A DNA stretch of 30,225 bases from a virus (lineage: Duplodnaviria > Caudoviricetes): IMG/VR virus record IMGVR_UViG_3300043465_001357, positions 1 to 30,225 of that record; one strand, given 5' to 3'. Shown piece by piece: positions 1-7,985 of this stretch (positions are counted from its first letter, which is position 1; every line of letters starts with the position of its first letter). A program made the translations under genes and the position numbers. A model generated the notes under the pieces. The model was not told the origin of the DNA, searched no databases, and saw only the letters and a program-made list of their open reading frames with translations.

Positions 1-74
1 TTAATTTAATCAATTAGGCATATACAATGAATATGAGAATGCCTGGTTAGATAGATAAACATATCTAGCCCAAA

Positions 75-107
75 TTATCCACAGGGTTATCCACATCCTG
101 TGGATTT
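75..107. promoter_or_regulatory. DnaA-box cluster: two perfect boxes plus one inverted degenerate box
   Basis: TTATCCACA at 75-83 and 87-95; TGTGGATTT at 99-107 (7/9 match to TGTGGATAA); 3-nt spacers; non-coding context. Confidence 0.65.
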
Positions 108-124
108 TTTGTATGTGTGGGCAT

Positions 125-230
125 GAGGGCAACATTTTTCATTTACGACCACATGATCTAAATCCCTGAAAATTATAGCTGAGGGAAAAATTTTCTATTT
201 ACGAAGGCCTTGACAAAATCCCTGAAATTT
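125..230. repeat. Imperfect tandem repeat, about 56-bp period
   Basis: GAGGG..ATTTT..ATTTACGA..AAATCCCTGAAA occurs twice (GAGGG at 125 and 181; AAATCCCTGAAA at 160-171 and 216-227). Confidence 0.75.
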
Positions 231-375
231 GCTACACAATATGTCTAAATGATTTAATATACATATAGAATGTCGACAAATGTGTAGAGAATATGGCAAA
301 ATAGATCAAAATTCCTCATGAAATCTATTGACAAATATGGATCAATATGCTGCTATATATGTCCAAATTGTCCTA

Positions 376-405
376 TTGACATTACGCCCATCTATATGTT
401 ATGCT
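376..405 (+). promoter_or_regulatory. sigma70/SigA-type promoter pointing right
   Basis: TTGACA (376-381)-N18-TATGCT (400-405) with extended -10 TG at 397-398. Confidence 0.5.
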
Positions 406-470
406 CAATTACATATGTATCTTTATATAGATATAACTATAGTATATGATATGCTATCTATAGTATAAAT

Positions 471-500
471 TCTCCACTATGCTCCACTTTACTCCACTAT
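471..500. repeat. Three 10-bp direct repeats nCTCCACTwT
   Basis: tctccactat / gctccacttt / actccactat. Confidence 0.85.
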
Positions 501-566
501 ATAAGCCTTCTAAGGGCTATTAGAGACTAGATAAATGGGAGGGGGATATAGGAGTTAGGAGCTAAT

Positions 567-731
567 TTATTGCAATTTGCTCTTATTCTTAGATGGTCTT
601 CTAGACCAATCTGGAGCTTTATGTGCAGTAGTTCCTCTAGATGTAGAGTCTATTAGGGCTTTATTCTTATCTAATGCTTCTTGGGCATATTGAAGCTGTT
701 GATCCCAATTGAACTTCCGTTTTTTTGCCAT
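567..731 (-). CDS. Small basic hypothetical protein (54 aa, MAKKRKFNWDQQLQYAQEALDKNK...)
   Basis: Hand translation; preceded by TTGACT-N18-TATAAT-N6-ATG leaderless promoter. Confidence 0.7.
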   Translation of the reverse strand: MAKKRKFNWDQQLQYAQEALDKNKALIDSTSRGTTAHKAPDWSRRPSKNKSKLQ

Positions 732-737
732 ATCTAT

Positions 738-767
738 ATTATACTATATTAGTATAATTCTAGTCAA
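738..767 (-). promoter_or_regulatory. Leaderless promoter
   Basis: TTGACT (767-762)-N18-TATAAT (743-738), 6 nt before ATG at 731. Confidence 0.75.
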
Positions 768-770
768 CCA

Positions 771-905
771 TTATCTTATTGAGCATTCCAGACACACAAA
801 TGGGTCATCATCAGACTTATAAAATAGGATCTTGCATTTGCTACATGCTACCTTATAGGGCTCATATTTAGCAAACTTACTGTATGATGATTCAAGCTTA
901 TCCAT
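771..905 (-). CDS. Small zinc-finger-like protein (44 aa, CSKC...CLEC)
   Basis: Hand translation MDKLESSYSKFAKYEPYKVACSKCKILFYKSDDDPFVCLECSIR; TTGTCA-N17-TATAAT-N6-ATG upstream. Confidence 0.7.
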   Translation of the reverse strand: MDKLESSYSKFAKYEPYKVACSKCKILFYKSDDDPFVCLECSIR

Positions 906-908
906 TGA

Positions 909-974
909 TCTATTATATCATTTAAGTCACGTAGTGACAATATGGTCTCTACCGCCGAATTTTTTCACTAATTG
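909..974 (-). repeat. Duplicated promoter module, copy 1
   Basis: tctattatatcatt...GTCAC-gta-GTGAC...tctctaccgccga..tttcactaattg; matches 2200-2269. Confidence 0.75.
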
Positions 975-983
975 GGACCTATA

Positions 984-1148
984 TTATGAAGATAAACCTT
1001 TATATGAATGACATTGACATACGCCCACTATCTTGTATGTTTGATCTACTTCTGCAAGATCATTATATTTAGCTACAGCCTGACAATAATGGCACTTCTC
1101 TGTCTCTTCCGCCTCTAGATAGGCTTCAAGGTTATCTAAGATACCCAT
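984..1148 (-). CDS. Small Cys/His-rich hypothetical protein (54 aa, CHYC...CQCH)
   Basis: Hand translation MGILDNLEAYLEAEETEKCHYCQAVAKYND...VGVCQCHSYKGLSS; starts 1 nt after the upstream stop. Confidence 0.7.
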   Translation of the reverse strand: MGILDNLEAYLEAEETEKCHYCQAVAKYNDLAEVDQTYKIVGVCQCHSYKGLSS

Positions 1149-1149
1149 G

Positions 1150-1380
1150 TTACTTATTCCTTGGAATGAGTGTCTGAGGTCCTTCTGTGCCGAATAGAGA
1201 CTTCTTTACTGGTACGCAGTTAGGGACTTTCTTTCCGCCCTTATCTTTCATACCAACCTGCTTGTATCCGCTCCAGCAAGCCTTTTCTAGGTTGTCCCAT
1301 TTATCTTCATCTGGGTTATCTGATTCATATCCCTTTGAGATCTCTTCATCTGTTAATTCAATGTTGTCGTTGTTTTCCAT
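1150..1380 (-). CDS. Hypothetical phage protein with CWxGYKQVGMKxKGGKKVPNCVP motif
   Basis: ORF track; motif recalled from large-phage proteins of unknown function; TGG-TATAAT-N6-ATG promoter. Confidence 0.75.
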   Translation of the reverse strand: MENNDNIELTDEEISKGYESDNPDEDKWDNLEKACWSGYKQVGMKDKGGKKVPNCVPVKKSLFGTEGPQTLIPRNK

Positions 1381-1400
1381 AAATAAATTATACCATAATC

Positions 1401-1598
1401 CTAGTTAACTGTTTTGTTTTCCATCTGCTTGCCAATTGCTGCTGCTTTCTTTCTTACCTTTTCGGCTGATGCTATTGTATGATTTATGGACGCCTGAAAG
1501 GATTTGCACATCTTACATAAATCTAACATATCTGGATAATTGGCCCATGCTGCTCTATTTGTTTCTATTGAGCATGTTTTGCACATTGGAGTTGACAT
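1401..1598 (-). CDS. Small zinc-finger-like protein (CKTC...CKMC)
   Basis: ORF track; two CxxC pairs; TATAAT at 1648-1643. Confidence 0.7.
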   Translation of the reverse strand: MSTPMCKTCSIETNRAAWANYPDMLDLCKMCKSFQASINHTIASAEKVRKKAAAIGKQMENKTVN

Positions 1599-1652
1599 TG
1601 TATTTCTTTCTCTAATATAAGGATACCTACCCTTATAGTACTATTATACTAC

Positions 1653-1937
1653 TTAAGCTTCCCCGCCCAATTCATAACCATCAGGGGCAGCACTCACACC
1701 GTATCTATCTGGATCATCTAGAATTTGCTCTAGCAGTCCTTCTGGCACATCATGACCAGCATTGATATGTTCCCTAACATGAGATATTAAATGACCATCA
1801 TCATGTATTTCTTCAGACATAGAGAACAATGAGTATTGATCTGTGGGCTCATTAAGGTAGCAAGCCTGACATTCAATCCAGCCACCAACATGTGGATAGA
1901 TATATATATCGCTATCAAAGAATCTGCTATATGCCAT
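1653..1937 (-). CDS. Hypothetical protein (CQAC plus His pair)
   Basis: ORF track; GGAG SD upstream. Confidence 0.75.
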   Translation of the reverse strand: MAYSRFFDSDIYIYPHVGGWIECQACYLNEPTDQYSLFSMSEEIHDDGHLISHVREHINAGHDVPEGLLEQILDDPDRYGVSAAPDGYELGGEA

Positions 1938-1946
1938 CTGTTCTCC

Positions 1947-2177
1947 CTACAAATGTATTTTGTTTACTGGCTCTTTAGACCAATGAATGTATGATTTAAT
2001 ATATACTGCTGCATACGCTATAGCTGAGAATATGAATCCGTATTGGCTTGTTATTACTGCATATGTTATCCATAGACATTCGTTAAATAGAAGTACAAAC
2101 CATCCCCATTTATCTTTTCTGCCTACAAAATATATACCTGCTACTCCGATTACGGCTAGTATCCACGACCACCACAT
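1947..2177 (-). CDS. Small 3-TM membrane protein, possibly a PnuC/SemiSWEET-like half transporter
   Basis: Three hydrophobic segments with a 'GRKxxWGW...NExLWxxYA...QYG' pattern. Confidence 0.55.
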   Translation of the reverse strand: MWWSWILAVIGVAGIYFVGRKDKWGWFVLLFNECLWITYAVITSQYGFIFSAIAYAAVYIKSYIHWSKEPVNKIHL

Positions 2178-2192
2178 ATTATATCCTTATCG

Positions 2193-2384
2193 TTAGATAT
2201 CTATTATATCATTAAATGTGTCAACGTAGTTGACTGAGATCTCTCTACCGTCGCCGATTTCACTAATTGCGATCTGATTTTCATGATATTGTAAATGAAA
2301 GTCTAATAGCTGATGAGTAGTTGCACAAAAACATATCGGGCAATGAGTTATCCATTGAGATTTATCTTCCCAATGTTTTGCCAT
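2193..2384 (-). CDS. Hypothetical C2H2-like protein (CPIC...HLQYH)
   Basis: ORF track; 3' end runs through the repeated promoter module. Confidence 0.6.
   Translation of the reverse strand: MAKHWEDKSQWITHCPICFCATTHQLLDFHLQYHENQIAISEIGDGREISVNYVDTFNDIIDI
2200..2269 (-). repeat. Duplicated promoter module, copy 2
   Basis: tctattatatcatt...GTCAAC-gta-GTTGAC...tctctaccgtcgccgatttcactaattg. Confidence 0.75.
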
Positions 2385-2609
2385 CTATTCGTAATCCTCT
2401 TCTAATAATAGGGCTGCATTCATCCATATTTCGCCTTCTGGATTTATATGGTACATCATATACATTAATCTATCGCACATTCCGCAATTAGGAGGAGTTC
2501 TAGTGCCTATGGCATCAATCGCCATTTCTTCTCCACACTTACACTTCCACCCATAAACATGCGTCATTGACCTCCAGTGCCTTGCTAATGGGCTGTCGTG
2601 CCAACTCAT
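2385..2609 (-). CDS. Zinc-ribbon-like hypothetical protein (CKC...CGMC)
   Basis: Start re-called at the TAATG overlap (2609); alternative ATG at 2567 has a GGAGG SD. Confidence 0.65.
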   Translation of the reverse strand: MSWHDSPLARHWRSMTHVYGWKCKCGEEMAIDAIGTRTPPNCGMCDRLMYMMYHINPEGEIWMNAALLLEEDYE

Positions 2610-3277
2610 TAAGATACAGATCTTTCTTTCATTCCCACAGGCCACTCTGAAAGACCAGAAAAGCCAGCACCAGCACCTTGTTGCCAAAAATGAGCAATAA
2701 AATATTTTTGCCCATTATAAGATTTTTGCGCTGCGTGAACATAAGGGTCGCCTGATGGGAATATGATTATGCTACCAGACTCTGGTTTTAAATTTATATT
2801 AAAATTAGTTAGTTCTAGTTCTCCACCATCATAGTCACTGTTTATATAAACTAATATGCTGTACTCTTCCCATTCACCTTCAATGTCTATATGGTGCTGT
2901 AGGTCTATGACGCTGTCGCTATCATATTTAGACAAAAGGTACATGTTTTTATTTAAACGTTCTTTTATTTCAACGCCGTAAGTTTTTGCATAAATATCGC
3001 AACACTTATCAATTGCATTAGCTAAATCAGAAACACGATTAAATGCATCATTTGGAAAAGCCTCTACCTTGTGAGTTAAAATATGATCACCGTATATCAT
3101 TTTTTTAAAACCATACTTTTTCATGTATCCAGTTGATTCTTCTGTATACTTTTCCCAAGGCAGCCATGATGATATTAGTGGGGTGACTGCATTTTCTATA
3201 TCCTGTAACCAGCCTTTTGGATCTGGTAATGCGTCTTTAAAATAGATTATTTTATCTGCTAATATTTCATATTTCAT
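2609..3277 (-). CDS. Fe(II)/2OG-dependent oxygenase, prolyl-4-hydroxylase-like
   Basis: HID (HxD), 'YINSDYDGGEL', 'KPESGSIIIFPS', distal H, Lys at the 2OG-binding position (GQKYF). Confidence 0.9.
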   Translation of the reverse strand: MKYEILADKIIYFKDALPDPKGWLQDIENAVTPLISSWLPWEKYTEESTGYMKKYGFKKMIYGDHILTHKVEAFPNDAFNRVSDLANAIDKCCDIYAKTYGVEIKERLNKNMYLLSKYDSDSVIDLQHHIDIEGEWEEYSILVYINSDYDGGELELTNFNINLKPESGSIIIFPSGDPYVHAAQKSYNGQKYFIAHFWQQGAGAGFSGLSEWPVGMKERSVS

Positions 3278-3293
3278 ATCAAACTCTTTATTG

Positions 3294-3563
3294 TCAACGA
3301 CTATCAGCTTCTTTTAGCCAATGATCTTCCCATAATCCAATTAGGGACTTATTGCCAATGTCATCAAAATAGTAACGCTTGGCGTTACTATTATATGTCC
3401 AACCATACCATGTATCGCCTTCCATCCAGCTGCATGAGGCTATATCTGTTAAGTCTGAATTAGTAAATACATCAGACAGATGATCATACATATGCACTTC
3501 TTCAATTATAGCTTTTCTAAGTGGTGCCCACCAAAATAATTTATGAACTAACCAATCAATCAT
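3294..3563 (-). CDS. Hypothetical protein (Trp-rich)
   Basis: Start re-called to MIDWLVHKLF, overlapping the upstream stop. Confidence 0.65.
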   Translation of the reverse strand: MIDWLVHKLFWWAPLRKAIIEEVHMYDHLSDVFTNSDLTDIASCSWMEGDTWYGWTYNSNAKRYYFDDIGNKSLIGLWEDHWLKEADSR

Positions 3564-3699
3564 TCTTATTCCATTTCTCCCAATACGCAACTCCGTCTTT
3601 ATCACGGTCATTCCATTCTTCCCCGCTCATGTCAATATCTTTTAACATATCCTCTATGACCAGTTTAAGACGCATAGATCTATCTAAACCATCACTCAT
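3556..3699 (-). CDS. Small hypothetical protein (MSDGLDRSMRLKL...)
   Basis: Start re-called at the ATGAGTGA overlap with the upstream micro-ORF. Confidence 0.6.
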   Translation of the reverse strand: MSDGLDRSMRLKLVIEDMLKDIDMSGEEWNDRDKDGVAYWEKWNKND

Positions 3700-3802
3700 C
3701 TTGGACATCTGGGTCTTTTTCCCATGTAAGCTTTCCATCTTTATATACTGGCCAGTATCCTAATGAACGCCAGTCCATTTTCATAATCCTAGGCTCTCTC
3801 AT
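3692..3802 (-). CDS. Micro-protein (36 aa, MREPRIMKMDWRSLGYWPVYKDGKLTWEKDPDVQDE)
   Basis: Hand translation; TTGACT-N17-TATACT-N6-ATG. Confidence 0.7.
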   Translation of the reverse strand: MREPRIMKMDWRSLGYWPVYKDGKLTWEKDPDVQDE

Positions 3803-3808
3803 ATATTT

Positions 3809-3837
3809 AGTATACTATATATGCTAAGTCTAGTCAA
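3809..3837 (-). promoter_or_regulatory. Leaderless promoter
   Basis: TTGACT (3837-3832)-N17-TATACT (3814-3809), 6 nt before ATG 3802. Confidence 0.75.
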
Positions 3838-3841
3838 TGAC

Positions 3842-4543
3842 CTATTTTATGCAAATATATTTAGAATAAACATCCATTTTAGAGGTGTACCAGTTATACA
3901 TATCTTTAGATAAACTTACAAGAAACTTTTTGGAATCATTATCTTCTATTAAAAGAAAGTTATCAATGTCTTCTTTACAAGCATCTATAACATTTTTTGT
4001 TATATCGCTATATAAAACACTGGTATACGGGCTGGTCTTCTTGTTAAACTTTCTTATTGTATTCCCCGTATCAAGATATGCAAATATACCTCCTGGCTTT
4101 AAAACTCTATAAACTTCATTAAAAAATAGATCTGGGTTGGCATATGAGTGAGATGATTCTATGCTTGTGACTATATCAAATGATTCATCTGGATACTGTA
4201 GCTGTTCGGCATCGCACAATAAATACTTAATTCCCATATCATTGCTACTATTACAGTATTCTATGTTTTTTTCATTTATATCACATGCTTGAACATCTTT
4301 TAGATCTAAATAGGATAAGTATGTTTGTGCTCCGCCGCCTCGGCCACAACCTACATCAAGCAATGTTTTTCCTGATGTGTGTACTCCATCAAGTGCATTT
4401 AAATAAAGGCTTGCTTGATTTTTAAATAGTGGATCTTTTATAAATTTATATGAAGGAGAATAGCCATGATTCATAAATTTTATGTTTAAGTCTTTAAACA
4501 TTTTATTTACATAGTTGTACGTTGCCTGATCAAGGGAGCCCAT
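3842..4543 (-). CDS. Class I SAM-dependent methyltransferase (Methyltransf_11-like; resembles mycobacterial lipid O-methyltransferases)
   Basis: LLDVGCGRGGG motif I, 'DAEQLQYPDESFDIV', 'IESSHSY', 'EVYRVLKPGG'; start re-called at the TAATG overlap. Confidence 0.9.
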   Translation of the reverse strand: MGSLDQATYNYVNKMFKDLNIKFMNHGYSPSYKFIKDPLFKNQASLYLNALDGVHTSGKTLLDVGCGRGGGAQTYLSYLDLKDVQACDINEKNIEYCNSSNDMGIKYLLCDAEQLQYPDESFDIVTSIESSHSYANPDLFFNEVYRVLKPGGIFAYLDTGNTIRKFNKKTSPYTSVLYSDITKNVIDACKEDIDNFLLIEDNDSKKFLVSLSKDMYNWYTSKMDVYSKYICIK

Positions 4544-5208
4544 TAACAGTTTTCTGGTGCGCTGTATCGCCAATAGCTTTTGTCAGTATAGCTATTGCCG
4601 TAAAATGTATGTCTATCATTTCCCTCTACAAATTCAACCATGTGCTCAAATTCTGGGGTAACTGGTATATTCACAAACCTGCCAGGTTTTGGATCAATAA
4701 CATAATTATTCTTCTTAAACTTTAACGATCCTCCACTAAAATTATCATTTAAATATATTGAAAAAGAAACAATAAGGCCTGGGTTCATTCTAGCATTTTC
4801 ATCATGCCACTGCATTGCAAAATCTATTTCATTAGGATCAATGCCATCAAAACGAGTAGCTAAACTTCCTGGCAGATCTTCTCTTGAAACATATTTAAAT
4901 GTCTGTAGTGTTGTGTGGGGCTGGTAGACCCCAGGGACAACTGACTGTATTCTTTCATGAATTACAGAAAACCATTCTGGCACTTCATACGGCTCATCTG
5001 TTAGTATTTTTGAAACATTGCCATTTTCATCCATATTCATCTTTGCGCCGATAAATTTATTTAGCACATTTTTATATGGAGATCTCATTGTTGTATACCA
5101 ACCATTTTTATCATCAGTATGCTCTTTAAAAAGCGCAATTTCTTCCTCAGTAAGGAAATTATCAATATACCAAAGTTCTCCGTCAACTACAGTTTTTTCT
5201 AAGTTCAT
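4543..5208 (-). CDS. Fe(II)/2OG-dependent oxygenase
   Basis: 'IDNFLTEEE', HDE (HxE), 'YLNDNFSGGSL', 'HMVEFVEGNDRH'; leaderless promoter. Confidence 0.88.
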   Translation of the reverse strand: MNLEKTVVDGELWYIDNFLTEEEIALFKEHTDDKNGWYTTMRSPYKNVLNKFIGAKMNMDENGNVSKILTDEPYEVPEWFSVIHERIQSVVPGVYQPHTTLQTFKYVSREDLPGSLATRFDGIDPNEIDFAMQWHDENARMNPGLIVSFSIYLNDNFSGGSLKFKKNNYVIDPKPGRFVNIPVTPEFEHMVEFVEGNDRHTFYGNSYTDKSYWRYSAPENC

Positions 5209-5345
5209 AGTTTAATTATATCACTTCTTGTTAGCAGGCTATCGCACCTAGTACATGCATCGTAAGACCTGCCAGTAAATGGACAAGATCCTGCCTCTAT
5301 TAATGAATGGCCCTTAATCCTACAAAGAATTTTTTTAATAAACAT
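5205..5345 (-). CDS. Small Cys-rich protein (46 aa, LCRIKGH...CPFTG...CTRC)
   Basis: Hand translation; stop overlaps the next ATG (ATGA). Confidence 0.65.
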   Translation of the reverse strand: MFIKKILCRIKGHSLIEAGSCPFTGRSYDACTRCDSLLTRSDIIKL

Positions 5346-5359
5346 CACATTGACCTTTT

Positions 5360-6028
5360 CTACTCATAATCCTTAGCAGATGCTTTGGGATTTATCTTTG
5401 CTAATATTTTTTCTGATTCGAATCCAGCAAAGCTATACTCTTCTTCTAGTGTGCACCAGAATATTATCGCATCCCTAGTCCCTTCTTTAACAATCTTTCC
5501 GCCATGCCAAGTGTCAGAAGGAAAAATTACCATATCACCAGATTTTGGTTTATAAATATCTCCACCCATTTCATCTACATAAAGTGGAAAATCATTTACT
5601 GGAATGAAGCTGTCTAAAAATGTTATTTCCCCACCTTCATAATCATCATTTAAGTACAAGACTCCACTATAAATTAATGAAGAAAAATCATTATGTACAT
5701 CTTGATGTATTCTTAGCTGTATATCTTTGCTTAGCCTAGTTATAGAAACTCCGTAGAAATATAATTCTCTATCTTCAATAAATTCTTTACGACAGGCTTC
5801 TATAAAAAGATTAGAGTATTTATTAATTTGACTAGATATATCTTTATATAATGAAGGTGGCTTTTCGTCTGGGAATACGGCTCTTATTGCTAACCCTTTA
5901 TCAAATGCAAGACCAACTCTATGCCTAAATCTTTTTTTATCAGATCCATTTTCATCTATATATTTTCTAAAGAAGGATGCGTCCTCTTCTGAAATAAAGT
6001 TGTTAATTATTTTAACATTATCGATCAT
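5360..6028 (-). CDS. Fe(II)/2OG-dependent oxygenase
   Basis: HQD, 'YLNDDYEGGEITF', 'KPKSGDMVIFPS', 'WHGGKIVKEGTR'. Confidence 0.92.
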   Translation of the reverse strand: MIDNVKIINNFISEEDASFFRKYIDENGSDKKRFRHRVGLAFDKGLAIRAVFPDEKPPSLYKDISSQINKYSNLFIEACRKEFIEDRELYFYGVSITRLSKDIQLRIHQDVHNDFSSLIYSGVLYLNDDYEGGEITFLDSFIPVNDFPLYVDEMGGDIYKPKSGDMVIFPSDTWHGGKIVKEGTRDAIIFWCTLEEEYSFAGFESEKILAKINPKASAKDYE

Positions 6029-6603
6029 AGTATGGACTTATCCTTATCAAATGTTAGCCAAAATGGACATGAATATCTATAACCAGACCTGATCTCCATT
6101 ATTTCATGCTCATCAGTTGGTTCAAACATAACCATGCTATTACCTTTAGGCGCATAAGTATGACCTGAATCAGTAAATCTTAGTTCACCACCTTCAAAAT
6201 CTTCATTCAAATACAAAACTCCGCTTATATTTAAATGGTCTTGATGCACTGGCTTGCCGTCTACAACCCAATCATTGTTATCTGTATGCGGTGGCAGCTT
6301 GGTGTTTGGCCCTAAACAAGAAAGCCAGAATGAAGCTACGTACGCATTAGATCCATTTGTAAAGTTGTGCTTTGCATAAGATACTATCTTTTCTGAATAC
6401 TTTTGTATTAAATGTAAAACCTCTTTATGTATTTTGATATCAAAATACTCTGGGGAGTATGACTGGTGCCTTTCTTTGCCAGGCTTTTCTGGCTGATAGA
6501 ACAGGGATGGATCTGTTTTGTTTGTTTTAATATAATTTATTAAAGAAATGGCATCTTCTTTTTCTATAAAACCAAACTCTATGCTGTACCTAGACACTTG
6601 CAT
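6025..6603 (-). CDS. Fe(II)/2OG-dependent oxygenase
   Basis: HTD, 'YLNEDFEGGELRF', 'HEIMEIRSGYRYS'; start probably ATG 6603 or GTG 6597. Confidence 0.9.
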   Translation of the reverse strand: MQVSRYSIEFGFIEKEDAISLINYIKTNKTDPSLFYQPEKPGKERHQSYSPEYFDIKIHKEVLHLIQKYSEKIVSYAKHNFTNGSNAYVASFWLSCLGPNTKLPPHTDNNDWVVDGKPVHQDHLNISGVLYLNEDFEGGELRFTDSGHTYAPKGNSMVMFEPTDEHEIMEIRSGYRYSCPFWLTFDKDKSIL

Positions 6604-7186
6604 TTCCCATATCAATTGCCCATTTAGGCATAACATCAATAATTAAATGAACTCTTTCTCCCTTTTTGTTTTCTACAGAGTGTGGCTTCATATTATTGAT
6701 TTGCCAAAGTTCCCCAGATCTAAGATGTTTTTTGTCTCCATCTACTTCAAAAATAACAGAATCATTTGTTATTAATGGTATATGAAATCTTCTTGAAGTT
6801 TCTAGGTAATCTCCATAATCAACATGACGATCAATACTGCTTTCCGATCCAAGCTTTACAATCAATATCCTAGCAACAGTTCCATCAAGTTCCTCTTCAA
6901 GGTAATTCTTGATAGGATCAATCTGGTTAATTAGATTTTGATTATTAGACATAACTTTTGTAACAAACTTTTGTCCTAAAGCCCAATAAAGATCATGGTA
7001 CTGAACCATGTATGTTTTAGTAAACCTATGAGGGTTTTTTCTTCCAACATTTTCATAAGAAAGATTTTGCCTACTAGTGTCTATTTCCCATTCTTCATTA
7101 AAAGAATTAACAGACTCGATGATATCATCTACATTAAATTTTTTGTAAAACTTTAGCGTAAGGCTTTCCGTTGATTTGCCATTCAA
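6590..7186 (-). CDS. Aspartyl/asparaginyl beta-hydroxylase-family oxygenase
   Basis: 'RHVD', 'RFHIPLITN', 'GELWQINNMKPHSVEN', 'RVHLIID'; start uncertain (TTG 7186). Confidence 0.88.
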   Translation of the reverse strand: MNGKSTESLTLKFYKKFNVDDIIESVNSFNEEWEIDTSRQNLSYENVGRKNPHRFTKTYMVQYHDLYWALGQKFVTKVMSNNQNLINQIDPIKNYLEEELDGTVARILIVKLGSESSIDRHVDYGDYLETSRRFHIPLITNDSVIFEVDGDKKHLRSGELWQINNMKPHSVENKKGERVHLIIDVMPKWAIDMGNASV

Positions 7187-7982
7187 TTTCTCTACTCCTA
7201 ACTTTACAGTATAAAGAATAATCAATATTATTTAATTTTAGAATTCTATCTTTCTCTTCATCTGATAGCATTGACTTTAATATATTTGTAGTATAACTAA
7301 CCCCGTCAACCAATGTTGAGGAATCATTGACCAATACAGATATGTCGTGTTCTACAGATACTTCATGATTTACATTAAACCAATTGCTAATCTTATCCAT
7401 AAACCAATCTAGTCTTTCTGTTGTGTGAACTATATCAAATGAGTCTATCTGTTTTTCTGCGTAGTCTAAAGATGTTTTATCGTTATTAACAAACCAAGTA
7501 AATGCCTTACCCTTATCAAATCCAGTAGTTGCGATTAGATCTTTTCCATATTCTTCATAAAATCCTTTTGCATTAAAGGATCTAGAGTCCGCTGAATTAC
7601 ATATAAACCTTGCTTGGTAGTTATTATGCATCAAATAATTTTGATCTTCAAACAAATAAAATTTTAATTTATCAATATAAGAATCTATCGCTAGGTACTC
7701 TGGTCTATTTATTAGCTGATCCTTGTATATAAAATTAAAGTAACTAATTCTTGCATCTATAGGGTTTCTGAGTATACATGCAACATCAATTGATGGTATT
7801 TTATCTATAGGGTAAGTTCCAAAATGTCCAGATATATAAGATTTATTAGACATATCAAAATCATTTGGATAATGTGTGCTTATATAAAATCTTTTGTCTG
7901 TATCTTCTAGAGCTTTTTTTACACATGCCCCAACAAATTTACCAGCTGTTTTAGGTATATGTAAAAAGTATAGCTGTTTCAT
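7134..7982 (-). CDS. Sulfotransferase (Sulfotransfer_2-like)
   Basis: 5'-PSB motif 'FLHIPKTAG', 3'-PB motif 'LRNPIDARISYFNF', C-terminal 'NxxDxxLY'. Confidence 0.85.
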   Translation of the reverse strand: MKQLYFLHIPKTAGKFVGACVKKALEDTDKRFYISTHYPNDFDMSNKSYISGHFGTYPIDKIPSIDVACILRNPIDARISYFNFIYKDQLINRPEYLAIDSYIDKLKFYLFEDQNYLMHNNYQARFICNSADSRSFNAKGFYEEYGKDLIATTGFDKGKAFTWFVNNDKTSLDYAEKQIDSFDIVHTTERLDWFMDKISNWFNVNHEVSVEHDISVLVNDSSTLVDGVSYTTNILKSMLSDEEKDRILKLNNIDYSLYCKVRSREIEWQINGKPYAKVLQKI

Positions 7983-7985
7983 GTA

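Noticed and set aside
210-360. TTGACA at 210 and 328 as promoters
   Set aside because: No convincing -10 hexamer at 16-18 nt spacing; kept only as repeated motifs
1660-1675. Third copy of the duplicated promoter module (GGCGG box)
   Set aside because: Only a short GGCGG core matches; the palindrome and spacing are absent
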